Under the pieces are notes generated by a model. That model searched no databases. It was not told where the DNA came from and worked only from the letters and a program-made list of their open reading frames with translations. A DNA stretch of 64,000 nt from Ostreococcus lucimarinus (taxonomy: Eukaryota). The translations under genes were made by a program, and so were the position numbers. This document shows, piece after piece, positions 10,779 through 20,676 of this stretch. The number at the start of each line of letters is the position of its first letter. The stretch's first letter is position 1. The stretch lies in NCBI GenBank assembly GCA_000092065.1, contig CP000596.1. One strand, 5' to 3'.

Positions 10779-11516
10779 CTATTTTCGAGCCCACTCCCCG
10801 CTCAGCATCCAACCGAACTGCACGACGACGCGATCCCACGCCGAACTCGGGCCGTCCAGCGCCGGTCGAACGTCCAGATGCATCGCCACGGGCGCGTTCC
10901 CACCGTACGGCACGGCGTTATAAAAATCAATCACGTATCGAACCTCGGTTCCGCATCTATCGACGATCCAATCGTGACGATCGAACGGCAGTTTGTATCC
11001 TAAAAAATTCAGAAACTGCGCCTTGGGGCTGTAATCCTTCGGCCGTCCTCGAAATTTCAACAGCTTGGGATCGGGGCACCGTTCGCAGTGTCGCCTCTCC
11101 CAGGCCATGACGTGCGCCCAGGCCTTTTCGTTCACCGCGTTGTGTATCTTTACCACGTGTTCCATGTCGTTCGCGCTCGGTTTCCACCCCTTGCGCTTCA
11201 TGGCGTTGTAAAACATCTCTTCGCTCGGGTACCGCCACGTCGCCTCCTCGCGCTGATGTTTCGGCAGCTCCGTGCGCGGGCTGATCGGGATCGAGCTCGA
11301 CTCGCGCGCGTCGCGCAGCGCTCGCGAGCGATCGCGCGCGAGCCACGTCCACGGCCGCGTCCAGCGCCGCGCGGGCGTCGACGTCGTCGCGTCCCCGTCG
11401 AGGCCGCGCGGGATGTTGTTCGGCGACGACGCGCTCGACGCCTCGGACGCGCCGTCGACGGGAGAGAGATCGCGCGCGAGCTTAGCGAAGAGCGTCGTCA
11501 CCTTGGGGTCGTTCAT
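10779..11516 (-). CDS. HCCS: Holocytochrome c synthase (cytochrome c heme lyase)
   Basis: The conserved CCHL core is present: WRYPSEEMFYNAMKRKGW, VVKIHNAVNEKAW, LPFDRHDWIVDRCGTEVRYVIDFY. Confidence 0.85.
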   Translation of the reverse strand: MNDPKVTTLFAKLARDLSPVDGASEASSASSPNNIPRGLDGDATTSTPARRWTRPWTWLARDRSRALRDARESSSIPISPRTELPKHQREEATWRYPSEEMFYNAMKRKGWKPSANDMEHVVKIHNAVNEKAWAHVMAWERRHCERCPDPKLLKFRGRPKDYSPKAQFLNFLGYKLPFDRHDWIVDRCGTEVRYVIDFYNAVPYGGNAPVAMHLDVRPALDGPSSAWDRVVVQFGWMLSGEWARK

Positions 11517-12378
11517 GGCGCGCTCTCGCGCGCGCGACGCGCACTGCGGCGAGGCGCGCGAACGCTCGGGACGGCGACGGCTTCGCGCGCCGCGCTACGC
11601 TACGTTTCCATTCTAAATCATCGAGCTCGACGCCGCGCGCACGGCGGCGTCGGCCTGGTACCAAACTAAATCATCCGAACTCTCATCGTCGCTCGCGTCG
11701 TCTCGGTCGTCGCTCGCGTCGCCGTTCACGACGACGCGAACGCGCCGGCGCTCGACGCGCGCGCGCTTCGCCGGCGCGAATCCCGGCTTGGGCGCGTATC
11801 CCTCCACCTCGTCCGTCGTCGCGCGCGCCTCGACGAAGAAAAACGCCCTCAATCCCGCGCTCTGCGGCGGATTTAACGTCGCCATCACCGGCACGAACGC
11901 CCGCACCGCTCGTCTCGACACCGCGTCCGCCGTCTCTTCGCGTTCGTCCTCGCGCGTCGTCGTCGTCTCCGCGTACGCCACCCCTCGCAGATCCATCTCG
12001 TACGCCTCCCTCGTCCGCGTCGCCGTCGTTCCCAGCGTCATCACCACCCTTCGCGGTCGCAATCGTTCGAACGCGCGCGCGTCGAACGCTCGCGCGAGCG
12101 CCCTTCTCGTCTCTCGCGCGCGTCGTCGCCGCGTTCGCTCGCCGCGCGTCCTCGCCCGCGTCCCGCGCGCGCGTCCCTCGTTTCGCCGTCTTCGTCGCGC
12201 GACGCCGACGGCGCGCGAATTGAACGCATCGTCGTCGTCGCGCGCGCCGTCGTCGTCGCGCGCGTCGTCGTCGCGCGCGTCGTCGTCGTCGGTCGTTTCG
12301 TCGTCGTTCGGCGCCGGTTCGCGCGCGCAGTCCCTGGCGTAGAGCGCGAACGCGAACGCCGCGCGCGCGGCTCTGGCG

Positions 12379-13560
12379 ATGACGAACGCGTCGCGCTCGC
12401 GGTGCGCGTCGCGCCGGAGCGCGAGCATGCGTGTGACGCGCGCGAAGAAGGCGAATCGCCGCGTCAGTCCACGACGCGTCATGCCGAGCCCGACGCGGAC
12501 GCCGACGACGAGCGCGGCGACGTTCACGCGCGCGCTGCGCGGAAGCGCGAGCGATCGACGTCGCGCGCGCGCGCGGCGCGCGCTCGCGGCGACGCGCGGC
12601 GCGCGCGCGGCGGACGCGGGCGCGGCGAGGGGGACGATCGCGCGTCGCGCGCGGGGCGTCGCGCGCGCGGACGCGCGATCGCTCGGCGGACGCGATGGCG
12701 CGGACGCGCGGCGTCGAGACGCGAGGCGTCGCGCGACGAGCGAGGAGAGCGAGGACGACGACGTGGATTGGGCGCGGGAGGTGGACGCGGGGGACGGCGA
12801 CGGCGAATTCGTCGTCGAGGCGTTCGATACGAGGGACGATCTGGCGCGGGCGCTGTGCCTGGAGGTCGAGGAAAACGCGCGGGGGTGCTTGCAGGAGCGA
12901 GGGGCGTTCACGATGGCGGTGCCGGGAGGGAGCGTGGCGAAGGCCCTGCGCGGGCTGCGCGAGGCGGAGGGATTGGATTGGGACAGGGTGCACGTGTTCT
13001 TCGTCAACGAGCGACCGGGGGAGCAAAAGTGCGCGAAATTGGCCAAGGAGACGTGGACGGAGGCGTGTGGGATTCCTGATGCGAACGTGCACTGCGTGAT
13101 GGCGAGCGATGACGTGGAAGCGTGCGCGGCGGATTACGAAAAGCAAATGCGGTCGCTCGACGAAAACCAAATGCCGATCGACGAGGAGAACGGAATGCCG
13201 GTGTTTGATTTGATCTTGCTCGGAATGGGGGCGGATGGACACGTGGGGAGTATTTATCCGAACTCTGCCGCGGCGAACGACGAGACCGGGGCGTGTGTGC
13301 TCGGAGTGGACATGCCGGGGAAGCGGACGGTGACGATGAGCATGGCGCTCATCAACACCGCCGATCGCGTCGTGCTCGCGGCGACTGGGAGTGAGAAGGC
13401 TGAGACCGTGCGAGCGGCGCTCGAGGACGAACTCGAGTGGGGGGAAATTCCGGGCTCCATGGTGGACGCGTTCTCGACGATTTGGTTCCTCGATCTCGCG
13501 GCGGCGTCCAAGTTGAGCGCCTACGAGGACATGGACATGGACACGGACGACGACGAATGA
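12379..13560 (+). CDS. PGL: 6-phosphogluconolactonase with a long N-terminal targeting/low-complexity extension
   Basis: AVPGGSVAKAL and VFDLILLGMGADGHVGSIYPNS...RVVLAATGSEKAETV match the PGL/glucosamine-6-P isomerase family. The true start may be a later Met; the N-terminal 120 aa are Arg/Ala-rich. Confidence 0.75.
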   Translation: MTNASRSRCASRRSASMRVTRAKKANRRVSPRRVMPSPTRTPTTSAATFTRALRGSASDRRRARARRALAATRGARAADAGAARGTIARRARGVARADARSLGGRDGADARRRDARRRATSEESEDDDVDWAREVDAGDGDGEFVVEAFDTRDDLARALCLEVEENARGCLQERGAFTMAVPGGSVAKALRGLREAEGLDWDRVHVFFVNERPGEQKCAKLAKETWTEACGIPDANVHCVMASDDVEACAADYEKQMRSLDENQMPIDEENGMPVFDLILLGMGADGHVGSIYPNSAAANDETGACVLGVDMPGKRTVTMSMALINTADRVVLAATGSEKAETVRAALEDELEWGEIPGSMVDAFSTIWFLDLAAASKLSAYEDMDMDTDDDE

Positions 13561-13727
13561 CGCGCGCGTCGACGACAGGCGACGACAAGGAACGTATTTT
13601 TATCGATCAAAGTTTGATAGTAATACGAGAAAATTTTCCCATGAGGTGGTGCATTAGATTGAGTTTGAAATTACATTTCAATGCGTACAACAAAAGACAA
13701 CTTTCGAGCGCCGCTCGAGTCGCGCAA

Positions 13728-14776
13728 TCACCAGTCTCCGCTTCCGATGGGCTGCTGCACGCCCTGCGCCGCGCGCATCATCTGCACCGCGCGTTCTCGA
13801 AGCTGCGCGACGTCCCAATCGAGATCGGTGATTTTATGCTCGTAGATGAAGCCCTTGGAATCGAGCTTGTACTCGGAGATTCCGTCGAACCTCGCCTCGT
13901 CGGCGCCGATGGAGCCGACGAGTCTCACCTTGCCGCGAACGCTCCAGCGCACGCGGATCGTTCGAAGGCCCGACGAACCCAAAGGGGACCAAATGCGAGA
14001 CACCTCCATCGTGCTCTGCGAAAACAACACGGCGGCGATGATACGAATGATCTTGAACACTCGTTTGTACTCGGACATGTTCGTCGCCATGACGCCGTTT
14101 CGTCCCTCTCTTCCCGGCCCCGCGAACGTCATCGTCTCGTCCAACAGCCCGATATCGTCCCTGTAGATCGTCCATCGAGGCTCTTTGGTCAACAAATACG
14201 GGTAGTCCTCGCGAAGGACTCGAATCGCCTCCCCAGACTGCGCGTAAAAATCGTCGTCCTTGCTCGAGCTCGGGCCGTCCTCGTCGCGTCCGCCCGACGG
14301 TCCCTTCGATTCCGTCGAATCCACGATCGCGGGCGTCGTGGACACGCTGTAATCTGTCCCACCCTCCACCGCGACGCATCGCAGCGCGCGCGCGCGCGTC
14401 GTCGTCGTCGTCGTCGTCGCCCTACTCCCCGTCGCGTTCGACCTATCCCGTTCGAATCCCCCCTCGCTCGTCTCGCTCGGCGCCTCGATCTTCACCGTCA
14501 CTCGCACCGCGCGCCCTCCGCCCCTGCACGCCGGACACGCCGTCACTCCCGTGTATCCACACGACCCGCATCCCTCGCCGTCGCCGCTCCATCGCGTGCA
14601 CGAGCACGCCGTTCGTCCGCTCCCCTCGCACTTCGGGCACGCCTCGTCCGCGTCGTCCCCGTCACTCGTCATCCGCGCGTACGCGCACAGGATCGCCCCG
14701 CACGTCGCCGCCTGCTCCGCCCACCACACCGCGTCGCCCGCGTGCGGCATCGCGCGCGTCCGCGTCGTCCCGCGCG

Positions 14777-14813
<37 letters not shown>

Positions 14814-14963
14814 GCGGTCCGCAATCACCGCGCGTTCGACCGCGCCCCGCGCGCGCGACGCGCGACGACGCGTCGCGGCGACGCGCGCCGTCGTCGCGCG
14901 CGCGCCGTCGTCGCGCGCGGTCGACCGCGCGGGCGCGATCGCGCGCGCGACCGCGCGCGCCAT
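13728..14963 (-). CDS. Hypothetical protein with poly-Thr runs, a DnaJ-type CxxCxGxG zinc finger and a C-terminal DUF2358/NTF2-like region
   Basis: CPKCEGSGRTACSC...CGSCGYTGVTACPACRGGG is a DnaJ-like Zn finger. The C-terminus is conserved-looking and non-low-complexity (DYPYLLTKEPRWTIYRDDIGLLDETMTFAG...). The poly-T runs are encoded by (GTC/GAC)n. The start is uncertain. Confidence 0.5.
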
Positions 14964-15004
14964 CGCAGATCCCCCGCGATTCGCCGCGACGTCGAGTGCC
15001 GACG

Positions 15005-15373
15005 GTCGACGCGACGACGGCTCGATCGCGCGATCGCGCGATCGCGACTCGATCGACGACGCGCGTTTCGACGCGCGCGCGCGATCGACGCCGCGAGGTT
15101 CGCGCGCGACCGCGCCGATCGATCGGCGTCGACGCGACGACGGCTCGATCGCGCGATCGCGCGATCGCGACTCGATCGACGACGCGCGTTTCGACGCGCG
15201 CGCGCGATCGACGCCGCGAGGTTCGCGCGCGACCGCGCCGATCGATCGGCGTCGACGCGACGACGGCTCGATCGCGCGATCGCGCGATCGCGACTCGATC
15301 GACGACGCGCGCTTCGACGCGCGCGCGCGATCGACGCCGCGAGGTTCGCGCGCGACCGCGCCGATCGATCGGC
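15005..15373. repeat. Near-perfect 123-bp tandem repeat x3 (a fourth unit is degenerate), frame-preserving
   Basis: The unit gtcgacgcgacgacggctcgatcgcgcgatcgcgcgatcgcgactcgatcgacgacgcgcgtttcgacgcgcgcgcgcgatcgacgccgcgaggttcgcgcgcgaccgcgccgatcgatcggc recurs at 15005, 15128 and 15251, with a single t/c difference between copies. Confidence 0.9.
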
Positions 15374-15811
15374 GTCGGCCGCGGTCGCGCGCGCGACTCG
15401 CGCGACGCGCGCGCGAGACGCGCGCGCGGTGGACGATCGCGACGCGGGCGTCGACGCGACGGACGCGCGGTCGACGATCGATCGGCGCGCGCGACGGGCG
15501 CGAGGGAGGCGCGCGCGACGCGGGAGGCGCGCGCGGCGGTGCGGGTTCGGAGAGACGCGCGCGGCGGACGGACGCGCGGGGGCGCGGCGGAGGCGCGGAG
15601 ACGACCGAGGCGCGGTGAGGGAGTCGAGGGGATGCGCGCGCGAGCGATGGTGGGGGTCGAGGGGGGCGCGCGCGGGCGCGCGCGGGCGGTGGGACGCGAA
15701 AGAGGGAGGGACGGCGGGCGACGGCGACGCGCGGCGACGACGAGACGCGCCTCGGTCGTGGATTCCGACGCGGAGAGGGCGGGGAAGGATAAGGCGACGA
15801 AGGGATCGAAA

Positions 15812-16780
15812 ATGGTGACGAGCGTGGCGGAGGAGGAGGAGGATGGATTGGAGCACGTGTACGAGAAATCGCGGTGGTTTGAGATTCGGGACGTGGTTCG
15901 CCCGACGCAGGTGGCGCTGGGGTGGGATTGGACGTTTTATAAGCTCGCGAATTTTAAAGACGCCGACAGCGCCAAGGCGTACATGGCTCGGAAACCGATT
16001 CCGTACGTTAAATACCGAGGGTTGCGGTACGTGGTGGATCATCATCACACGCTCGCCGCGCTGAACCTGGCGGGTTGGGACATCGACGTTTACATGGAAG
16101 AGATTTTTGAGTACGACGACGACATCGGGGACGACAGGTTTTGGGGTAACATGGAGGGTAAAGGTTGGAGCTTCTGTTGGGATTCGGATTACTCTCGCTT
16201 GTCGCACGAATCTATCCCGAAATCGTTTGAACTGCAGGCGTTTAGAAACGACATCTTTCGCTCGCTCGGGGGGTTCTGCCGGAAAGCCAAGCTCCTCAAG
16301 CGCGGCAAGATGCTCGAAGAAAAATTATTTTTCGAGTTCCAGTGGGGATACTTTTTCTGGCTCCATAGAAACGACGCTTACGCGCTCTGGCCGTCGTCAC
16401 AACTGCAACGCGGTTTTGACCGTCTGCTCGCTATGATTGAGCAAACGGACGACAGCGAATACATCGGCGAGGGACATCTTGAGGCGAGTCGTGACGTCGC
16501 AGACATGATCTTTCTCTCGGACAAAGTTTTGCAACCGCTTTACGAAGTGCTCGTTGAGTACGTCGCGCCCCTGGCGTACGCGTACGCCACCTTGCCCGAC
16601 GACGCGCGCGTCGTCCACGGTTTGAGAAAGAGATTCGGCCGCGAGACTCTTCCCGGTTCCGTCATCACCGGCCAGTTTGACTTCTTAACCGAGCGTCAAA
16701 ATTTCACCATGCCCGAGGATGGGAAGAAGGACAAGTCTAAGGATGGAAAATCGAGCTCGAGCTCGAAGAAGAAGGACTAA
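15812..16780 (+). CDS. ParB-like nuclease (ParBc_2-type) domain protein
   Basis: PTQVALGWDW...PIPYVKYRGLRYVVDHHHTLAALNLAG resembles the ParB/sulfiredoxin-fold DGHHR motif. The ORF stays open upstream through the tandem repeats to 14996, so an Arg-rich N-terminal extension cannot be excluded. The first Met after the repeats is at 15812. Confidence 0.5.
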   Translation: MVTSVAEEEEDGLEHVYEKSRWFEIRDVVRPTQVALGWDWTFYKLANFKDADSAKAYMARKPIPYVKYRGLRYVVDHHHTLAALNLAGWDIDVYMEEIFEYDDDIGDDRFWGNMEGKGWSFCWDSDYSRLSHESIPKSFELQAFRNDIFRSLGGFCRKAKLLKRGKMLEEKLFFEFQWGYFFWLHRNDAYALWPSSQLQRGFDRLLAMIEQTDDSEYIGEGHLEASRDVADMIFLSDKVLQPLYEVLVEYVAPLAYAYATLPDDARVVHGLRKRFGRETLPGSVITGQFDFLTERQNFTMPEDGKKDKSKDGKSSSSSKKKD

Positions 16781-16882
16781 AAGAACGCCGCCCACCACCC
16801 GCCCTCCCCACTAGCCGACGCGCTGCCTGACGTGCGAGCTGTAATACGCACCAAACACCACGCTTACAATACGCGAGCGCGC

Positions 16883-17374
16883 ATGGTACACACCGCGTCG
16901 CGCGCTCCGCTCGCGCTACGACTGGCGTCCCCGCGCAGCGTCAGGGACGGGGACGTTGTCCGCCGAGTCGCCAGCGCCGCGCCCGCTCGCGACGATCTAC
17001 CGCAGACCTCGCGCGCGTCCAACGCGTGCTCCACGCTCATCGCTATCGCGCTCACCGCCTCGGCGCCAGCGTGGGCTTTCGACGGCGACGCCGCTGGGGC
17101 GTTCTCCTCCAGAGGTTGCGTCGGGTGCCACGCCGCGGGCGGCAACGTCGTCGCCGCGTCGGCCACGCTCTTCGCTCGTGATCTCGAACGCAACGGTGTG
17201 GCGACCAAAGAAGATATTTCGAACTTGATAGAGCGAGGGAAAGGGAAGATGCCGGGGTACGGGGAGTCGTGCGCGCCCAAGGGCGCGTGCACGTTCGGCG
17301 CGCGTTTGGACGCCGAGGAAATCGACGCATTGGCGACGTACGTCCTCGATCGCGCCGCGGTCGATTGGAAGTGA
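16883..17374 (+). CDS. Cytochrome c6A (c6-like haem protein with a Cys-containing loop insertion), chloroplast lumen
   Basis: A CVGCH haem-binding site is present, followed by ATLFARDLERNGVATKEDISNLIERGKGKMPGYGESCAPKGACTFGARLDAEEIDALATYV. The C..C loop insertion between the Met ligand region and the C-terminal helix is the c6A hallmark. The N-terminus is a transit peptide; an alternative start is the ATG at 16832. Confidence 0.8.
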   Translation: MVHTASRAPLALRLASPRSVRDGDVVRRVASAAPARDDLPQTSRASNACSTLIAIALTASAPAWAFDGDAAGAFSSRGCVGCHAAGGNVVAASATLFARDLERNGVATKEDISNLIERGKGKMPGYGESCAPKGACTFGARLDAEEIDALATYVLDRAAVDWK

Positions 17375-17459
17375 AACGAAATTGGATTGTTAGTTTTCAT
17401 CGTCGCCGAGCTTTGTATTTCAATTATAACTGTACAGGACATCTTGTCGAACGCTCGGC

Positions 17460-17915
17460 TCACCGCGTTGCGAGCGCTTCCGACGCCCCGCACGCCTCTC
17501 GAAGCGTCTCCACTAAGTGCATCATCTCCTCAGCGTCGCACATAAAATTCACGCGCTCGTCATTGCCCGAACCATCGCCTAAGACCCACGATATGTGAAA
17601 CGCCGGCTCGCGTCTATCTCCGTTGGCCGACGCGCTCACGACGTAATCCGCCCGACACGCGTGCGATTTCAACCGTTTCACCGCGCTCGACCGCGCGTGT
17701 CTTCGCAATTCCCGCTCTAACTCTCCTCTAATTTTCTCATATGCAGCTGCGACGCGCTGCGCGTTGGTTTTCGACGTTCCAGCGTCCCGCTCGAGCGTCG
17801 ACGCGACGTCGCCGCCGTCAAAGCCTCGTCTCGCCGCCTCCACGAACGTCACGGACACCCCCGCCACGGCGTCGCGCGCCTCGAGCGTCGACAATACCTC
17901 TCCAGCGTCTTCCAC
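17460..17915 (-). CDS. Hypothetical small protein, possibly Roadblock/LC7-like fold
   Basis: 151-aa ORF in a gap between annotated genes. The N-terminus (GEVLSTLEARDAVAGVSVTFVEAARRGFDGGDV) follows the roadblock pattern of hydrophobic and G positions. The call is weak. Confidence 0.3.
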   Translation of the reverse strand: MEDAGEVLSTLEARDAVAGVSVTFVEAARRGFDGGDVASTLERDAGTSKTNAQRVAAAYEKIRGELERELRRHARSSAVKRLKSHACRADYVVSASANGDRREPAFHISWVLGDGSGNDERVNFMCDAEEMMHLVETLREACGASEALATR

Positions 17916-18219
17916 CGTCGTCTTTGACGTGAGCGCGCTCGAGACGTGCGAGAGGACGGCGTTTAACGCGTTCGCATCGCACCGGTCGATGGATTCCAGT
18001 CGTTTTCGTACGCTCGCCTGCGCGCGTGAGAGCGATCGAGGTCGTCAGTCAGTGACGTGCGAAGCGCGATGAAACGCGACGTCGAGTCGAAATCGAATTT
18101 CAGGTCGAACGCGCGTTTCGTCGCACCCCGAGGTCCATGGCGTTGAGTTGTGCGGTGCGAGACGCCGCGCGCGCAGATTTTAATTTTTACTCGAACCACA
18201 CTACAATCGCTACTTTGAG

Positions 18220-19164
18220 CTAAACCGCTCGAACCGCGACATCGTCGTTGGCGTGAAATGTTGCGATCCAACCATGCTTGAGCACGACGCATTCGTGCCC
18301 GAAGAGATGCGCATTCTTTCTCGCGGATGTGGCGAACGCGCGCCGAAACGCCGGCGCGTCCTCGACTGCGCTCAAGAAGACTTTGTTGTGCCCGATGCAG
18401 AACGGTACGCGCGTGCCACCTTGTGCGAGGTACTGTCCAAGCCCACTGATGCATCCGGGCCAATCGGGATTGAAACAGTCGTCCAAGATAATGACGCCGT
18501 GAGCGTGTGAGCACGACTCGGCAAGGCGTAAATCAGCGAGCGTGCACTCAGCCGTGTGAGAACCATCGACGCTAAACATGCGCACATCGATCGCGTCGGC
18601 ACCATCGCCAACAACATCGCTCGGTTTTAAATCTGTCGAATTTCCCTGGATCACCTTGATGAAACTCGGCACGCCGTTTTCGTCCGTCGGCGTCCAACCG
18701 TCGACGTCGGCGCAAAACTTTCGGCAATTCTTTGTAAATTTACGCAAGTTCCCTCGTCCGCTTTCATCGACGTTAAAGTCTTGCTCCTCGAAGCAATCAA
18801 TCGCTATGCACCTTTCTTCCTCGCGCCTGCGTAGCGCCGTCAGAGCTAAAAACGACCGTCCATGATAGACGCCAATTTCGCACAACGCCGTCCTCTCCGC
18901 TGTCCCCAAACCGAACGCGTCCTGCTGCACCCTGTCGATAGTCTCGTACGCCTCCACGCATCCCAGCTCAAAGAACCCGCTCACAGACGTCAACGCTTCC
19001 ATCACCCGGCGCGTTCGCTCGCTCGCCGCGCTCGCGCACGACGCAGCGTGTTCGTTTCGTCGTCGCTCGGCGGCTGAACGAACTTTCGTGTCGTCGAACG
19101 ACGACGACGCCCGCGCGGTGGCGGTGCGCGCGCGCGCCGAGACGACGCGCGGGCACGATGACAT
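18220..19164 (-). CDS. Class I SAM-dependent methyltransferase, Methyltransf_24/TylF-like
   Basis: CEIGVYHGRSFLALT is a Gly-rich SAM motif. It sits in a roughly 250-aa Rossmann-like region (VIILDDCFNPDWPG). Confidence 0.5.
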   Translation of the reverse strand: MSSCPRVVSARARTATARASSSFDDTKVRSAAERRRNEHAASCASAASERTRRVMEALTSVSGFFELGCVEAYETIDRVQQDAFGLGTAERTALCEIGVYHGRSFLALTALRRREEERCIAIDCFEEQDFNVDESGRGNLRKFTKNCRKFCADVDGWTPTDENGVPSFIKVIQGNSTDLKPSDVVGDGADAIDVRMFSVDGSHTAECTLADLRLAESCSHAHGVIILDDCFNPDWPGCISGLGQYLAQGGTRVPFCIGHNKVFLSAVEDAPAFRRAFATSARKNAHLFGHECVVLKHGWIATFHANDDVAVRAV

Positions 19165-19425
19165 TTAAATTATGAATCGACACGACCGCTTGTTGAGAAC
19201 TTTGTTGAGTTATTACAACGACTCGCGTTGTGCGGCGAAGGACGCCGGCGTTGAGAAAACGCCGAGACGCGTCGCGGCTTGACGCTAGCGATAGATAGAC
19301 CGTGGGAAAATCTCTACTCGAAGAACGGGATTCTTCGTGGTAATGAGTGAAAGTTTATTGTTTCATTCGCGCCATCGCCCGTGATGCTCGCGAATGGGGT
19401 GGCTCGCGCGTCGTCGCGACGACGT

Positions 19426-20433
19426 TTACAACTTCGGAATGAAGGAGTTCGTCGGCGTGCACTCGCGCATGAAAACCATGGCGGCGCCGAGGTGCATGGC
19501 GCTCAGAGCGCGGCCCCAGGGCTGAACCATTTGCGGCGCCAAAGAAGTGGCGACGATGAGAAGCTCGAGGCACAAGAACAACGCGGCGCGTCGGGTGGAG
19601 TAGCCAGAGATGTAGCCCAAGGCGACGCACGTGCTGACGACGTGGTGCAGCGGGTGGAAGATCAAGCCGGCGACCGGGCCGAGGACGCCCGGACCGGTCA
19701 TGCCGGCGGCGGTGAACTTGGCCATGGACGAGCCTTGCATCATGAGGAAGCTCATCATCAAGCCCGGAACAGCGATCGCGAGCTTGCGAAGCGCGGCGGC
19801 TTGCTTGGAAGAAAAGTAGCCGCGCGCCTTGCGCGTCGTGAGCAACAAAAGAATGGCGTTCGAGTACTTGAACGCCATGGCGTTGCGAATGAACACATCG
19901 CGAACGCCGTGCGAAGAGCCGGCGATCATGGTGTTACCGCATAAGAATAAGCTCATAGCGGTGAAGAGCGCCGGAATGTCACTGTTCGACCCGATGCCCA
20001 AGATGGCGCCGAAACCGATGAGAAACTGCACGAAGCTCCAGTGCGCGCCGAACCACGCGGCGCCGACGGGCGCCAACGGCCCGGACGCTCCCTTCAACCC
20101 GAGCGACTTAAACATCGCCGCCGTGCCTCGTCCACCGAGCTCCGGCACGCCCGCGTACGCGATCGACGTCGCCGCACCGTACGCCCCGAGTCGTTCCAAA
20201 AACGTCTTCAACCCGCTCACCGACGTCAGCATCGTCGCCGTCGCCTTCGCGTTTCCGAGCACGTTCAAATTCACGAGCGTCGTCAACGGATTCCCGATCT
20301 TCGGCAAACTCGGAAGTTTAGACTTCGGGCTCGAGCGCGTGCTTCGCGCCGACTTCTTCGAGCTCGATCTCTTCGAAGGCGCGCGTCGCGCGCCCGCCAT
20401 GGTCGCTTCTCTCGTCGTTGAATTAATTCCCAC
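19426..20433 (-). CDS. Multi-pass membrane protein of unknown function
   Basis: Six or more predicted hydrophobic helices. The composition is non-random with a lower GC third position. The start may be the ATG at 20400. Confidence 0.45.
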   Translation of the reverse strand: MGINSTTREATMAGARRAPSKRSSSKKSARSTRSSPKSKLPSLPKIGNPLTTLVNLNVLGNAKATATMLTSVSGLKTFLERLGAYGAATSIAYAGVPELGGRGTAAMFKSLGLKGASGPLAPVGAAWFGAHWSFVQFLIGFGAILGIGSNSDIPALFTAMSLFLCGNTMIAGSSHGVRDVFIRNAMAFKYSNAILLLLTTRKARGYFSSKQAAALRKLAIAVPGLMMSFLMMQGSSMAKFTAAGMTGPGVLGPVAGLIFHPLHHVVSTCVALGYISGYSTRRAALFLCLELLIVATSLAPQMVQPWGRALSAMHLGAAMVFMRECTPTNSFIPKL

Positions 20434-20646
20434 GCGCGAATGTCAATTCGCCTCCTGAGGTCGCGCTCGCGCGTGTCCCGCGCTCGACCGCGCGTGAACC
20501 GCGCTTCGTGCGTTCGCGCGTGAAGCGCGTTCGTTCTCTCGCTTCGATGCTTCGATGCGTCGGTGGTCCTCGACGCGTCGTTCGCGAACGTTCGTCACGC
20601 GCGCGTCACGAAGTGTCGCGCCGCGCAACCGTCGCTTCGCGCGCGT

Positions 20647-20676
20647 GTCGCGTCGCGTCGCGTCGCGTCGCGTCGC
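20647..20676. repeat. (GCGTC)6 microsatellite
   Basis: The sequence gtcgcgtcgcgtcgcgtcgcgtcgcg is seen directly. Confidence 0.8.

Noticed and set aside
11613-13242. 477- and 519-aa minus-strand ORFs
   Set aside because: Arg-rich low complexity, overlapping and antisense to the 6-phosphogluconolactonase gene and its GC-rich upstream spacer. No recognisable domain.
13437-16207. 793-aa plus-strand and 460-aa minus-strand ORFs spanning the tandem-repeat region
   Set aside because: They are antisense or out-of-frame with respect to the zinc-finger/DUF2358 and ParB-like genes. They stay open only because the 123-bp repeat and the flanking CGCG DNA lack stop codons.
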